Made by a program: the position numbers and the translations under genes. From Chthoniobacteraceae bacterium (lineage in GTDB: Bacteria; Verrucomicrobiota; Verrucomicrobiia; Chthoniobacterales; Chthoniobacteraceae), in NCBI GenBank assembly GCA_037190965.1, contig JBBCKI010000066.1, positions 1-63,282 of the forward strand: a DNA stretch of 63,282 nucleotides, given 5' to 3'. Position 1 is the stretch's first letter. Each line of letters begins with the position of its first letter. This document shows, one piece after another, positions 9,948 to 19,396 of the stretch. Under the pieces are notes generated by a model, which saw only the letters and a list, made by a program, of their open reading frames with translations, made no database searches and was not told the DNA's origin.

Positions 9948-11021
9948 ATGCCCGAGCACGACGGGAACCGAAAGATCATCCACCTCGATATGGACTGCTT
10001 CTACGCAGCCATCGAGATTCGCGAGCACCCGGAGCTGGCCGGGAAGCCGGTGGCAGTTGGCGGCTCGCAGGATCGGCGCGGCGTGTTGACGACCTGCAAC
10101 TACGAGGCCCGGAAGTTCGGGGTGCGCTCGGCGATGCCGACGTTTCAGGCGCTTCAAAAATGCCCGGAACTGGTGGTACTTCCCGTTCGCTTCGAGCTTT
10201 ACCGGAAAGAGTCGGCGCGGATCCGGGAGATCTTTCGCCGATGGACCGAGGTGATCGAGCCGCTCTCGCTCGATGAGGCCTACCTCGATGTCTCACACCG
10301 CGCCGAAGAGGGCGCGGCAGTGGCGGCGGCCATCCGTCGGGCCATCTTCGCCGAAACGGGATTAACGGCTTCGGCAGGGATCGCCGGAAACAAGCTGCTG
10401 GCAAAGATCGCCAGCGACTGGAACAAGCCCAATGGGCAGTTCGAGCTTTCCCCCGGAGACGTCCCTGCTTTCATGCAAACGCTTCCCGTTCGCAGGCTCT
10501 GGGGGATCGGCAACGTCACCGCCGAACGGCTGGAGCGTCAGGGGATTCGGACCTGCGGCGATCTCCAGAACCTCTCCCGCATCGACCTTGCTCGCAGCTT
10601 CGGCAAATGGGGGTTGGAGCTTTACGATCTTTGCCGGGGGATCGACGAACGGCCTGTGGAGCCGCACCGGGAACGAAAATCGCTGAGCAACGAGCGGACT
10701 TATCTTCAAAATCTAACCACTCTCGCCGCTTGCGAGGCCAAGCTGCCGGAACTATACGCCGATCTGCTCGCCGATCTTGCCAAGGCGACGGAGAAGGCAG
10801 GGCATCCGCGCCGGATTCACAAAGTATTCCTGAAACTGAAGTTCGCGGACTTCACCCGAACCACCGTGGAGCGCCTCGCCACCGAGCCGATGCTGGCCGA
10901 CTACATCGAGCTGCTGGCTGTCGCGTTCCGCCGACAAGAGGACAAAGGAGTCCGCCTGATGGGTGTCGGCGTCCGCTTCGAGACGGAACCGGCGAAAGAG
11001 CAGCTCAACCTGGCTCTGTAA
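9948..11021 (+). CDS. dinB: DNA polymerase IV
   Basis: IIHLDMDCFYAA, NYEARKFGVRSAM, SLDEAYLD and KLLAKIASD motifs, C-terminal clamp-binding QLNLAL. Start moved to ATG 9948. Confidence 0.97.
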   Translation: MPEHDGNRKIIHLDMDCFYAAIEIREHPELAGKPVAVGGSQDRRGVLTTCNYEARKFGVRSAMPTFQALQKCPELVVLPVRFELYRKESARIREIFRRWTEVIEPLSLDEAYLDVSHRAEEGAAVAAAIRRAIFAETGLTASAGIAGNKLLAKIASDWNKPNGQFELSPGDVPAFMQTLPVRRLWGIGNVTAERLERQGIRTCGDLQNLSRIDLARSFGKWGLELYDLCRGIDERPVEPHRERKSLSNERTYLQNLTTLAACEAKLPELYADLLADLAKATEKAGHPRRIHKVFLKLKFADFTRTTVERLATEPMLADYIELLAVAFRRQEDKGVRLMGVGVRFETEPAKEQLNLAL

Positions 11022-11092
11022 ACACTCGGAAGCGGTTCTAGTGGAATCAACAGATCACACCGGGCGCATGATGGGAAAATTATAAGAAGAAG

Positions 11093-11253
11093 GGTGCGGC
11101 AGCACCGGTAGACCGCTCGCGCCGTCGAGCGCGGGTATCGGCTCCCGTGGCTTCATGAGAGCCGCATCCTAATACCAAAAGCCCGTCCTGCGGGGATGGA
11201 CGCCAAAGGCGCCTCGTAAACCGATCCCGCGCTCTCGGCGAGAGCGGTCTACC
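11093..11253. repeat. GTAG-type REP doublet family A, full copy
   Basis: GGTAGACCGCTCGCGCCGTCGAGCGCGGGTATCG ... CGATCCCGCGCTCTCGGCGAGAGCGGTCTACC as inverted ends, between convergent genes. Confidence 0.88.
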
Positions 11254-11267
11254 TCACCCGTCCCATT

Positions 11268-12536
11268 CTAAACACCGATCGCAGAAAAACTCTCCCTGCC
11301 TTCCAATACGCGGACCGCTTCGTTAAAAACGCGATCCACGGTGATCCCCTGCATGCAGAGGTTGTTGCGGCAGGCGGATTGGCGGTTGTTGTAGGCGTTG
11401 ACGCAGGGGCTGCATGCCAGCCCGAGCCAGATGGGAGTGCTGCGCGGGGTGGGCGCGCCGAAGAGCGCCGGAGTTTCCGGGCCAAAGAGAGTAACGACGT
11501 TAATCGGCGTGAGCGCGGCAAAGTGCGCGGGGCCGCTGTCGTTGGTGATGAGAAGCTCGCTTAGCGTATAGAGCACCATCAACTGCCGAAGCGTGGTTTT
11601 CCCGGCCACGGAGAAACAGCGGGGCGAACCGACTTCGCGCGCGGCCGAGGCGATGGGGGCAGCCTCGCCCGGGGCACCGGTCATGGCGATGCATGCATGA
11701 GGGAAACGTTCGAGGAGCCGTCGCGCCAGTTCGATGTAGCGGCTGGTCTCCCATTTCCGGAGCGGCAGGAGATCGCTGGCGTTCGGGTTTAGCAAAATCA
11801 GGGGCCACGGTTCGGCTCCGACCCCCGCCTCGGCGGCAACCTGGTTGATGAGACACCGAACCTCATCCTGCTCGCCCGGCTTCGGGATGAAGGCCACCGG
11901 CTCGCGGTCAACGGGATCAGGGACGACTCCGTAGGTGGGCAGTTCCCACGGATCGCGGAAAGCACCGAGGACGAGCGATTTGAAGATCTGGCTCGTGTGC
12001 AGGTAGGGGTTGTAGAGGAGACGGTGCGTCATCAGATCGCCCCGATAGGGACCATCGCCAAAGAAGGTGTGAAACCCGACGCGGCGTTTTGCCAGGGTGA
12101 GCCAGGTGAGCACCGCCGAGGAGCGCGAAAAGAACTCCATGTCGATGGCGGTGTCGATGCCCAGGACCCAGATACGCTTCAATGCCGCAAAGGAGTCTGC
12201 CGCAAGTTGCGGAGTAGTATCCCTGCGGATGGTGATGACGTTGGCCTCCGGTACCAGGTTAAGAACGTCGAGAATGAAGCGGTTCTCCTCGAACACGACG
12301 AAGTAGACGTTCTCGCGCCCTACCCTGTCACACGCCGCGCGGATGGCTCCCTGCGCCAGCACGGTGGAGCCTTGCTCGGCAAATTTGACGAAGAGGATCT
12401 TGCGCGGCGGCTCGCTGGACGCGTCGAATCGGTCTCCTGAGAACAGTTTGCGAAAGCCGGTCAAAATCCCGCAAGCCGGTATACCCACCCATCGATCGAT
12501 GATCTGCAGAGTGGAAGCGGGGATGGGGTCAGCCAT
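11268..12536 (-). CDS. Glycosyltransferase family 9 (heptosyltransferase-like)
   Basis: KILFVKFAEQGS, LLNPNAS...RKW, AGKTTLRQL and ITNDSGPAHFAA...LFGP motifs. Confidence 0.92.
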   Translation of the reverse strand: MADPIPASTLQIIDRWVGIPACGILTGFRKLFSGDRFDASSEPPRKILFVKFAEQGSTVLAQGAIRAACDRVGRENVYFVVFEENRFILDVLNLVPEANVITIRRDTTPQLAADSFAALKRIWVLGIDTAIDMEFFSRSSAVLTWLTLAKRRVGFHTFFGDGPYRGDLMTHRLLYNPYLHTSQIFKSLVLGAFRDPWELPTYGVVPDPVDREPVAFIPKPGEQDEVRCLINQVAAEAGVGAEPWPLILLNPNASDLLPLRKWETSRYIELARRLLERFPHACIAMTGAPGEAAPIASAAREVGSPRCFSVAGKTTLRQLMVLYTLSELLITNDSGPAHFAALTPINVVTLFGPETPALFGAPTPRSTPIWLGLACSPCVNAYNNRQSACRNNLCMQGITVDRVFNEAVRVLEGRESFSAIGV

Positions 12537-12572
12537 GATGAAAATTTCGCCGGTTTTAACGTGCGGGTCACA

Positions 12573-13628
12573 CTACCCTTGGATCGTCGTCATGTGCAAC
12601 AACTGCTTTAGCGCGCGCCGATGCGGCGCGGGCATTGGCACGTCGCCGAGGTCGGCCACGGCAAACCATTGCCGGGTCTCGCCTGCGCTCATTCGGGCAG
12701 GGAAAACCTTGAGGGTGATCCGGTGATGGGTGAACGGATAATCGAGAGTGACGAGCGGCGTGTCGGCTCCCACCTCAGCTGGGGACGGCAAAAGAGGCAA
12801 CCGCCACAAGCCGCGCCAGCGGGAACCGGTCTGCTGCTCAAGAAGGACCCGCCCGTCCTGGATCGTCCAGGCGCAGTGTTCGTCGAGAAGGATTGTTTTC
12901 CGACGCGGCTTTTTGACCGGGAGCGATTCCGGCTCACCGGCCGCACAGAAGCGCCTCACCGGACAGATAATGCAGGCCGGAGCCCGTGGGGTGCAGAGCA
13001 GCGCGCCGAGTTCCATCATCGCTTCGTTGTAGAACCCGGCCTCCCGGTCCGGCTGCCAGCGCGTGGCGGTTCGCCAGAGGTATTCCAGCCCGGCGGTGGC
13101 GTCGACCGGTTCCCGAAAATCGAGCAACCGGGCGAGCACCCGGGCGATGTTGCCATCCACGGGCGGGGTCGGCGCATCGAAGGCAAAAGTTGCCACGGCG
13201 GCGGCGGTATAGCGCCCCACACCGGGGAGAGTCCGGATAGCCTCGGGGTCGGTGGGAAACGAGCCGCCATGATCACGAACGAGGGCTTGCGCCGCCTTGT
13301 GGAGATTGCGGGCGCGGGAATAGTAGCCGAGCCCCTGCCAGGCGTGAAGCACTTCGCTCTCCTCGGCGGCGGCCAGCGCGGCGGCGTTGGGGAAACGGGC
13401 CAGCCAGCGCCGGTAGTAATCGATCACGGTGGTCACCTGCGTCTGCTGAAGCATGATCTCGGAGACGAGGATGGCGTACGGATCGTGGGTGTGCCGCCAG
13501 GGAAGGTCGCGCCCTTCCTTGCGGAACCAGGCAGTGAGCGCCTTCTGGAACGCCGGAAGATTGGCATCGATGGAACTCTTTTTTTCCTCGGAGCGAAGGC
13601 TGCGGTGCGATTTGATCGGGGGCGACAT
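12573..13628 (-). CDS. mutY: A/G-specific adenine glycosylase
   Basis: SEIMLQQT, GLGYYSRARNL, HhH LPGVGRYTA, VDGN and a C-x6-C-x2-C-x5-C FeS motif. Confidence 0.95.
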   Translation of the reverse strand: MSPPIKSHRSLRSEEKKSSIDANLPAFQKALTAWFRKEGRDLPWRHTHDPYAILVSEIMLQQTQVTTVIDYYRRWLARFPNAAALAAAEESEVLHAWQGLGYYSRARNLHKAAQALVRDHGGSFPTDPEAIRTLPGVGRYTAAAVATFAFDAPTPPVDGNIARVLARLLDFREPVDATAGLEYLWRTATRWQPDREAGFYNEAMMELGALLCTPRAPACIICPVRRFCAAGEPESLPVKKPRRKTILLDEHCAWTIQDGRVLLEQQTGSRWRGLWRLPLLPSPAEVGADTPLVTLDYPFTHHRITLKVFPARMSAGETRQWFAVADLGDVPMPAPHRRALKQLLHMTTIQG

Positions 13629-14556
13629 GTCTGGTCTCACACTCTATACCGCGCCTTTGAGCGCCGCACAGGCTGCGAAGTTGCAAAAATTGCTGAAGGA
13701 GGAAGGCTGGGATTTTGAGCCCAAGCCGTACACGCTCTATTATGCGCGCAAGGCCAAGGTCAACATCGCGGTTTATGAGAAGGGGCCAAAGATCGTGGTA
13801 CAAGGAAAAGGGACGGAGGAATTCGTCCAGTTCCGGCTGGAGCCCGAGATCCTTGGCGAGGCCAAAATCGGATATGAGGAAGTGCACGACCCGGAGGCGT
13901 TTGCGCCGCACTTCGGCATCGACGAGAGCGGCAAGGGCGATTTTTTCGGTCCGCTGGTGATCGCCGGGGTTTATGTGAACCGGGATATTGCTCACCACTT
14001 CCTGAAGTCGGGCATTCAGGATTCCAAGCGGATCGGCTCCGACGCGAAGATTCGCTCGCTGGCGGAGATGATCCGGGAAACGCCGGGCGTGGGGATTACG
14101 ACGGTCGAGATCGGGCCTGCGAAGTACAACGAACTTTATGAGAAGATCGGCAACCTGAACCAGCTTCTCGCGTGGGGTCACGCGCGGGCGATTGAAAACC
14201 TGCTGGACCAGAGGCCCGATTGCCCCAGGGCGCTCTCCGACCAGTTTGGCAATCCCGCGCTCATCAAGCGTTCGCTGATGACCAAGGGGAAGGAGATCCA
14301 GCTCGATCAACGAACCAAGGCGGAATCCGACCTGGCGGTGGCGGCGGCTTCCATCATCGCCCGCGAGAAGTTCATCAACTGGCTTGAGAAAACCGGCAAG
14401 CGCCACGGGGTGGTGCTTCCGCGCGGGGTCAACCCGCAGGTGAAGAGTGTCGCTCGCGACCTGGTGGCGAAGCATTCACCAGCCATTCTGCGGGAAGTAG
14501 CCAAGACGCACTTCAAGACGGCCGCTGAGGTGTCGGGACTGCCGCCAACGGAGTAA
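13627..14556 (+). CDS. rnhC: Ribonuclease HIII
   Basis: N-terminal TBP-like domain (AVYEKGPKIVVQG), then GIDESGKGDFFGPL, DSK, DQF and AVAAASIIAR. Confidence 0.95.
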   Translation: MSGLTLYTAPLSAAQAAKLQKLLKEEGWDFEPKPYTLYYARKAKVNIAVYEKGPKIVVQGKGTEEFVQFRLEPEILGEAKIGYEEVHDPEAFAPHFGIDESGKGDFFGPLVIAGVYVNRDIAHHFLKSGIQDSKRIGSDAKIRSLAEMIRETPGVGITTVEIGPAKYNELYEKIGNLNQLLAWGHARAIENLLDQRPDCPRALSDQFGNPALIKRSLMTKGKEIQLDQRTKAESDLAVAAASIIAREKFINWLEKTGKRHGVVLPRGVNPQVKSVARDLVAKHSPAILREVAKTHFKTAAEVSGLPPTE

Positions 14557-15712
14557 GTGCTGCAAGCGATTCGTTGAGCCGGGCGATCTGCTCCGGGGTG
14601 TGCAGCGCGGAAAGGGTGATGCGGAGGCGCGCCTCGCCGCGCGCGACGGTGGGATAACGAATGGCGGGGACAAAAAGTCCCCGGTCCTGCATTTGCCGGG
14701 CTGCCGCTATCGCGGTTTCTTCATGGCCGAGAATCACCGGGACAATCGCGCTTTGCAACCTCTCGGGGGTCAAGCCGGAAGGCAACCCTGCGGCGAGTAG
14801 TTTCAGGTTTTCGCGAAGCCGCTCCCGGCGCGCCTCGCCTTCCGCTGTTTGCAGGAACTCCACGGCGGCGCAGGCGGCGGCGGCGATGGCGGGGGGTGGC
14901 GCGGTGGAAAAGACGAAAGCGCGAGCCCGGTTGATGAGAAGATCGATGAGCGACCGGCTGCCGCAGAGATAACCACCGCTGACGCCGAGCGCTTTGCTCA
15001 GGGTGCCCATCTGCAGGTCCACCCGTGAGGCAAGCCCGAGGCGGTCGGCAAGGCCTCGACCGTTCTGGCCGAGGACGCCGACGGCGTGAGCTTCATCAAG
15101 CAACAGCAGCGCGCCGTAGCGTTCCTTGATCGCGACGATCTCCGCCAGCGGGGCGCGGTCTCCGTCCATGCTGAAAACCGATTCGGTAACGACGATCACA
15201 CGGGCCTCCGGGTGCTCCTGCCGCGCCCATTGCAGATGACTTTCGAGCTTTGCAGTGTGGTTATGCGGGAAGACGCGGATCACCGCCCCGCTCAAGCGCG
15301 CTCCGTCAACCAGGGAGGCATGCACCAGTTTATCGAGAATGAGGACATCTTTCTTCCCTGCCAGAGCGCTCAACGTCCCCACGGCCGCGGCGTAACCGCT
15401 TGAAAAACTAAGGGCCGCCTCGGTGTTCTTGAACTTTGCAAGACACTCCTCCAACCGCAAATGAGGGCCACGCGTGCCGCAGACAAGCCGGGAAGCGCCC
15501 GTACCGACGCCGTGTTCGTCAATGGCCTGCTTGGCGGTCTCACGCAGAAAGGCTTCTCCGGAGAGTCCGAGATAATCGTTGGAGGCAAAATTAACCAGGG
15601 AACGTCCCGCGCACGTCATCGTCATCCCGTCGCACGGTTCCACCTCGCGCAGTTGCCGCAAGAGCGACTGCTGACGGAGATTTTCGAGTTCTTCTTCGAA
15701 GCGGCGAGGCAT
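14513..15712 (-). CDS. bioF: 8-amino-7-oxononanoate synthase
   Basis: NFASNDYLGL, HASLVDG, ESVFSMDGD, DEAHA, GTLSKA (PLP Lys) and IRYPTV motifs. Confidence 0.95.
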   Translation of the reverse strand: MPRRFEEELENLRQQSLLRQLREVEPCDGMTMTCAGRSLVNFASNDYLGLSGEAFLRETAKQAIDEHGVGTGASRLVCGTRGPHLRLEECLAKFKNTEAALSFSSGYAAAVGTLSALAGKKDVLILDKLVHASLVDGARLSGAVIRVFPHNHTAKLESHLQWARQEHPEARVIVVTESVFSMDGDRAPLAEIVAIKERYGALLLLDEAHAVGVLGQNGRGLADRLGLASRVDLQMGTLSKALGVSGGYLCGSRSLIDLLINRARAFVFSTAPPPAIAAAACAAVEFLQTAEGEARRERLRENLKLLAAGLPSGLTPERLQSAIVPVILGHEETAIAAARQMQDRGLFVPAIRYPTVARGEARLRITLSALHTPEQIARLNESLAALTPLAAVPTPQRPS

Positions 15713-15860
15713 GGCCCGGGTTGTGAAGATACAGGGATGAGACTTCTATCTCCTATTTTCGTTCAGAATCAGTCGCGAGGTGGGTCGGGATCTCCCTCCT
15801 TGGATAAAGATTATAGCCGCCTTGAACAATGTAAATCGGGTCGTTCGGAGAATCGACCAA

Positions 15861-16020
15861 GGTAGACCGCTCGCGCCGCCGAGCGCGGGATCGGTGAAGA
15901 GTCGCGTTGGGCATCCATCCCTGCAGGACGGGCTGCTGGGATTGGGATGCGGCCTTCATCAAGCCAAGGAGTCTATCCCCGCGCTCGACGGCGCGAGCGT
16001 GCTACCGGTGCTTCCGCACC
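15861..16020. repeat. GTAG-type REP doublet family A, full copy in reverse orientation
   Basis: GGTAGACCGCTCGCGCCGCCGAGCGCGGGATCG ... CCCGCGCTCGACGGCGCGAGCGTGCTACCGGTGCTTCCGCACC. Confidence 0.88.
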
Positions 16021-16106
16021 ATTTGAGCAATACGGAGCGGGAAATTTTACGTGATCGGAGTTGCGCCGCGTTGCGGTATTTGCGTCCGGCGCGAAGGGTG
16101 GCCTCC

Positions 16107-17072
16107 ATGGAACTCGAGCAGGCCGATGTGGCCGTTCAACCGATGGAAGCCGCACCCGTTGCTGGTGCGGGAAATGAAAGGGAACTTACAATGTCATCTC
16201 TCCTCTCCCAAATGACGGGAGCGGAGGCGCCCGCGCCTCTGGCGGAAGAGCCGGTGGTTTCCGCAGAAGCGGAACCGGAAGGGGAGGAAGAGGCCGCCGA
16301 AACCCCGGCCGAAGCCGATGCCCGGAAGGCGAAGAACTTCCGGGGACGTTGGGATCACCTCGACGAGCAGGAACGGCGCGTGGTGGAACTGACGGCCAAG
16401 CGCGGGCTTAGCTTGAACGAAGCCTACCGCGCGGTTTACGGCGACACCGCTCCCCCGACGCCTCAAGCCGGATCGAGCGAGAACCGGATGGCCGTTCTCG
16501 ACCGGAAGATTGCCGGGCAACAGCAGCGGCTTGATGAACTCAAGCAGCGCAAGGCGGAAGCTCGCGGCGACCTCGCCGAATACGACGCGGCTTCGGAAGC
16601 CTATCTGGAAGCGCGAGAGGCGTTGCGCGATCTCCGGTCGCAACGTCAGCAGACGCTCGAACAGCAGGCGGCGGAAACGCTCGAAGCCCGCCGAAGAACG
16701 GAGGCGGAAGCGCAGATGGCTCTCGCGGAGGAATTTCCCGACGCGCTCACCCCGGGGACGGATCTTTACGAAGCCTGCCGCGAGGAGATCGAATACCTGC
16801 GGGAATCCAACAGCCCGCTCATCCAAGATCCGCAGGCACAGTACAAGGTGGCCCGGCGACTGGCTCGCGCGCTGGGGATTCAAAAGGCTCCGGTTGCGGC
16901 GACGGTGGCTCCCCGGAGATCGGTGAGGCCTGTCCCCGCCGGGGGTGTGCCCGTGGAAGCGCCTGCCGCTGTGCTTGAGCGTCGACTGGCGGGCGCGCGC
17001 TCGCAGGGGGCGATGCTTGAGCTGATGCGCGAGATTGGCACGCCCTTCGAGGCGCTGCTCAAGAAGAGCTAG
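16107..17072 (+). CDS. Putative phage capsid scaffolding protein
   Basis: Acidic Ala/Glu/Pro-rich N-terminus, long coiled coil and short C-terminal helical hairpin, immediately upstream of a capsid gene. Start moved to ATG 16107 because the upstream ORF part is repeat DNA. Confidence 0.6.
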   Translation: MELEQADVAVQPMEAAPVAGAGNERELTMSSLLSQMTGAEAPAPLAEEPVVSAEAEPEGEEEAAETPAEADARKAKNFRGRWDHLDEQERRVVELTAKRGLSLNEAYRAVYGDTAPPTPQAGSSENRMAVLDRKIAGQQQRLDELKQRKAEARGDLAEYDAASEAYLEAREALRDLRSQRQQTLEQQAAETLEARRRTEAEAQMALAEEFPDALTPGTDLYEACREEIEYLRESNSPLIQDPQAQYKVARRLARALGIQKAPVAATVAPRRSVRPVPAGGVPVEAPAAVLERRLAGARSQGAMLELMREIGTPFEALLKKS

Positions 17073-17261
17073 CGCCCCAAAATTACCCGATTTTTCTACG
17101 TCTCCAGAAATTCCCTCCACGCCGGGAGCGCCGCGTTGCCCCGGCGGAGTTGGAAAATCCCGAGGACACCTTTGCGGGTCCGGTGTTTCGCGGGCGGCCT
17201 TTCGCGCCCCCTCCCCTTCGGCCTCGCATTTCAAACAAAAAACCAAAAGACCAAATAACGA

Positions 17262-18722
17262 ATGCCTACAAGAAATCAAATCGCGGCGACCGGCCTCGAA
17301 ACCTATCGCGCCAACGCCGCAAGCAACGTCGGACAACTCTTCTCCAACTATATCGACCTCGCCGTCGAGGAGGAGGATCTCTTTGCCTCGCTGGAGGGCG
17401 GCGAAGGGTCTGACCGCCCGATCTGGGTGAAGACCGACCTCTCCGCCGGAGGCGCGGACAAGGTGTACTTCAACGCCATCGCCTCGCTCGGCGGCGACGG
17501 GGTCCATGGTGATGAAGTGCTGGAGGGCAATGAGGAAGCGCTCGCCATCGGGAGCTATGCTTGCCAGGTCGACTTCATCCGGCACGCCGTGGGGCTCACC
17601 AAAAAGGATATCGAATTCCTGGCCGCCGGACGAAGCATTGAGGCCGCCGCCGCGCCGCTGGTGGCGAAATGGCTCGGCCGCAAACGGCAGCGCGACATGC
17701 TCATGAAGTTCATCACCTCGGCGGTGGGCCTCAACATGCTGCGTCCCAACAACAAGGCGAGCCGCGATTCGCTGACGATCAGCGACACCCTCTCGACCGG
17801 TCTCATTGCCCAGGCCAACGCCGTGGGCACCTCCATCGGCGCGAGCCCCATCAACATCATGCAGGAGGGGTACTCAAAAGTGTACGAACTCCTCTTCCTG
17901 GCCACGGAGGACTCCCTCGCCCCGCTGGCGAACAGCTCAAGCTGGCTTCAGGCCCAGCAGTATGCGGGGGCACGAGGCAGCGGGAACGTCCTCTTCCGTG
18001 GCGGTTTCACCCGATGGAATGGCAACACGATCCTTCACCACAAGGTGATCGACGCCGACACGCCCGGGCCGATCGGCAGCCCGCTGCTGCCCAAGGCGCT
18101 CCTCGGCGATCCCGTCACGGCGGGCACGGCGCCCTTCGACGTGACCGGCGGCGGTCGCACCTCTCCGGGAACCGCCAACAAGTACTTCGAGTGCTTCAGC
18201 GGCGCGCCTTACCGGTACCTGGAGAGCGACAGCAACAGCAGCTCCGACAGCAACACGTACCACTTCGTGGTGGTCAACGTCAGCGGCCCGAACAAGGGCA
18301 AGTGGGGCTTCTACAGCTATACAGGCTCCGCCAACGACGGAAACAAGATCACGATCTCCAAGCGCCTTGGTTCGGCGGCATCGGGAGATCGCGTGACGAC
18401 GCTTGGCGGCGTGACCTGGGACAGCAACAAAAACACCGATGCCCATCCGACCGGGTCGGTTATCCTCCAGGCCAATGCCAACGGGGTTCCCATCGGCTTC
18501 AGCCTCTGCCTCGGAGCGGGAGCGGGCCTGCGCGCCTACGGTTCGCTGCGGCACGAACTGGTGCAGAACACGTCGGACTACGGCCACCGGATGGGCTGGG
18601 CCTACCAGTCGATCTACGGCCAGCAGGTCCGGCGCGATTCAGGCATCTCGGGCAGCAGCCGTCCACGCGGTTATGTGCTCATCGAGCATGCGATCAACGT
18701 GGCCAACGCGCCGATGAACTAG
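17262..18722 (+). CDS. Putative HK97-fold major capsid protein (DUF4043 / N4-gp56-like)
   Basis: KTDLSAGGADKVYF...LGGDGVHGDEVLEGNEEAL...VDFIRHAV, LF.GGF..WNG..LH and LGA.AG..AYG...DYG...G...IYG all resemble the DUF4043 pattern as I recall it. Confidence 0.82.
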   Translation: MPTRNQIAATGLETYRANAASNVGQLFSNYIDLAVEEEDLFASLEGGEGSDRPIWVKTDLSAGGADKVYFNAIASLGGDGVHGDEVLEGNEEALAIGSYACQVDFIRHAVGLTKKDIEFLAAGRSIEAAAAPLVAKWLGRKRQRDMLMKFITSAVGLNMLRPNNKASRDSLTISDTLSTGLIAQANAVGTSIGASPINIMQEGYSKVYELLFLATEDSLAPLANSSSWLQAQQYAGARGSGNVLFRGGFTRWNGNTILHHKVIDADTPGPIGSPLLPKALLGDPVTAGTAPFDVTGGGRTSPGTANKYFECFSGAPYRYLESDSNSSSDSNTYHFVVVNVSGPNKGKWGFYSYTGSANDGNKITISKRLGSAASGDRVTTLGGVTWDSNKNTDAHPTGSVILQANANGVPIGFSLCLGAGAGLRAYGSLRHELVQNTSDYGHRMGWAYQSIYGQQVRRDSGISGSSRPRGYVLIEHAINVANAPMN

Positions 18723-18773
18723 CGGTGCCTGGCGGCGTTTCAAGGATCTGAAACCCGCTGGGAAGTGGAGAAC

Positions 18774-18803
18774 GCGGGGTGGGGCATGGAGGCCCCGCCC
18801 TGC
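18774..18803 (+). other. GC-rich stem-loop downstream of the capsid gene
   Basis: GCGGGGTGGGGC-ATGGAG-GCCCCGCCCTGC with no clear U-tract. Possible mRNA stabiliser or attenuator. Confidence 0.4.
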
Positions 18804-18820
18804 AAAGCCCTTCATCAGAT

Positions 18821-18943
18821 CTCGTTCCCGATCTCCTGATTCGTCCGCCTGCGTTCATCCCCGAAGTCTCCATTGCAGGCATAAGGTTACGAAACTGGAG
18901 TTTCGAGGACATCGGCATTCCCAATCTGGAGATTGGGAACGAG
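18821..18943. repeat. Palindromic repeat family C, copy 1
   Basis: CTCGTTCCC ... CGAAACTGGAGTTTCG ... TTCCCAATCTGGAGATTGGGAACGAG. Confidence 0.82.
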
Positions 18944-19019
18944 AGCAGATCGAAGGCTGGCCGAGAAACGAAGCCGCCTCGATCCCTTCCAACTTTCTTC
19001 TTCTTTTTTCCAAAATCCC

Positions 19020-19385
19020 ATGACGACTGTTTTCTGCATCGAAATTCTGGGCGAAAGCTCGGTTCACAAGTTCCTCGTTCAATCCGGCTGGAGCGGCAAG
19101 GATTACGTCTTTTTCTATAATCGCCACACCGGTTCCCACCTGCGCGCCTACCGCGACATCGAGGAGTATCGCGCGGAGCGGGTCGATATGCACAAATCGG
19201 CCAACATCTGGCCGTTGCTGGGCAATCTGCTGCCGGAGGACTCGGTGGATCCCCATCTTTTTGTGAAGCGGGAGGAAATCCCGGACATCCGGAATGAGGA
19301 GTCCGATCCGAACTCAGCTTCAACTTCCTCCACCACCCCCGATCCCTCCAAGAGCGCCCGCGCTCCCCGGAAACCAGCCCGTTAG
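19020..19385 (+). CDS. Hypothetical protein in the capsid module
   Basis: 121-aa ORF after a pyrimidine/A-rich leader, with a globular N-terminus and S/T/P-rich, basic tail. Ends 11 bp before the next gene. Confidence 0.7.
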   Translation: MTTVFCIEILGESSVHKFLVQSGWSGKDYVFFYNRHTGSHLRAYRDIEEYRAERVDMHKSANIWPLLGNLLPEDSVDPHLFVKREEIPDIRNEESDPNSASTSSTTPDPSKSARAPRKPAR

Positions 19386-19396
19386 AACCAATCCCC

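Noticed and set aside
14513..14556. 44-bp convergent overlap of rnhC and bioF
   Set aside because: Short 3' overlaps are common in compact GC-rich genomes.
15780..16106. N-terminal extension of the scaffold-like ORF in the track
   Set aside because: It is translated family A repeat DNA; ATG 16107 is the more plausible start.
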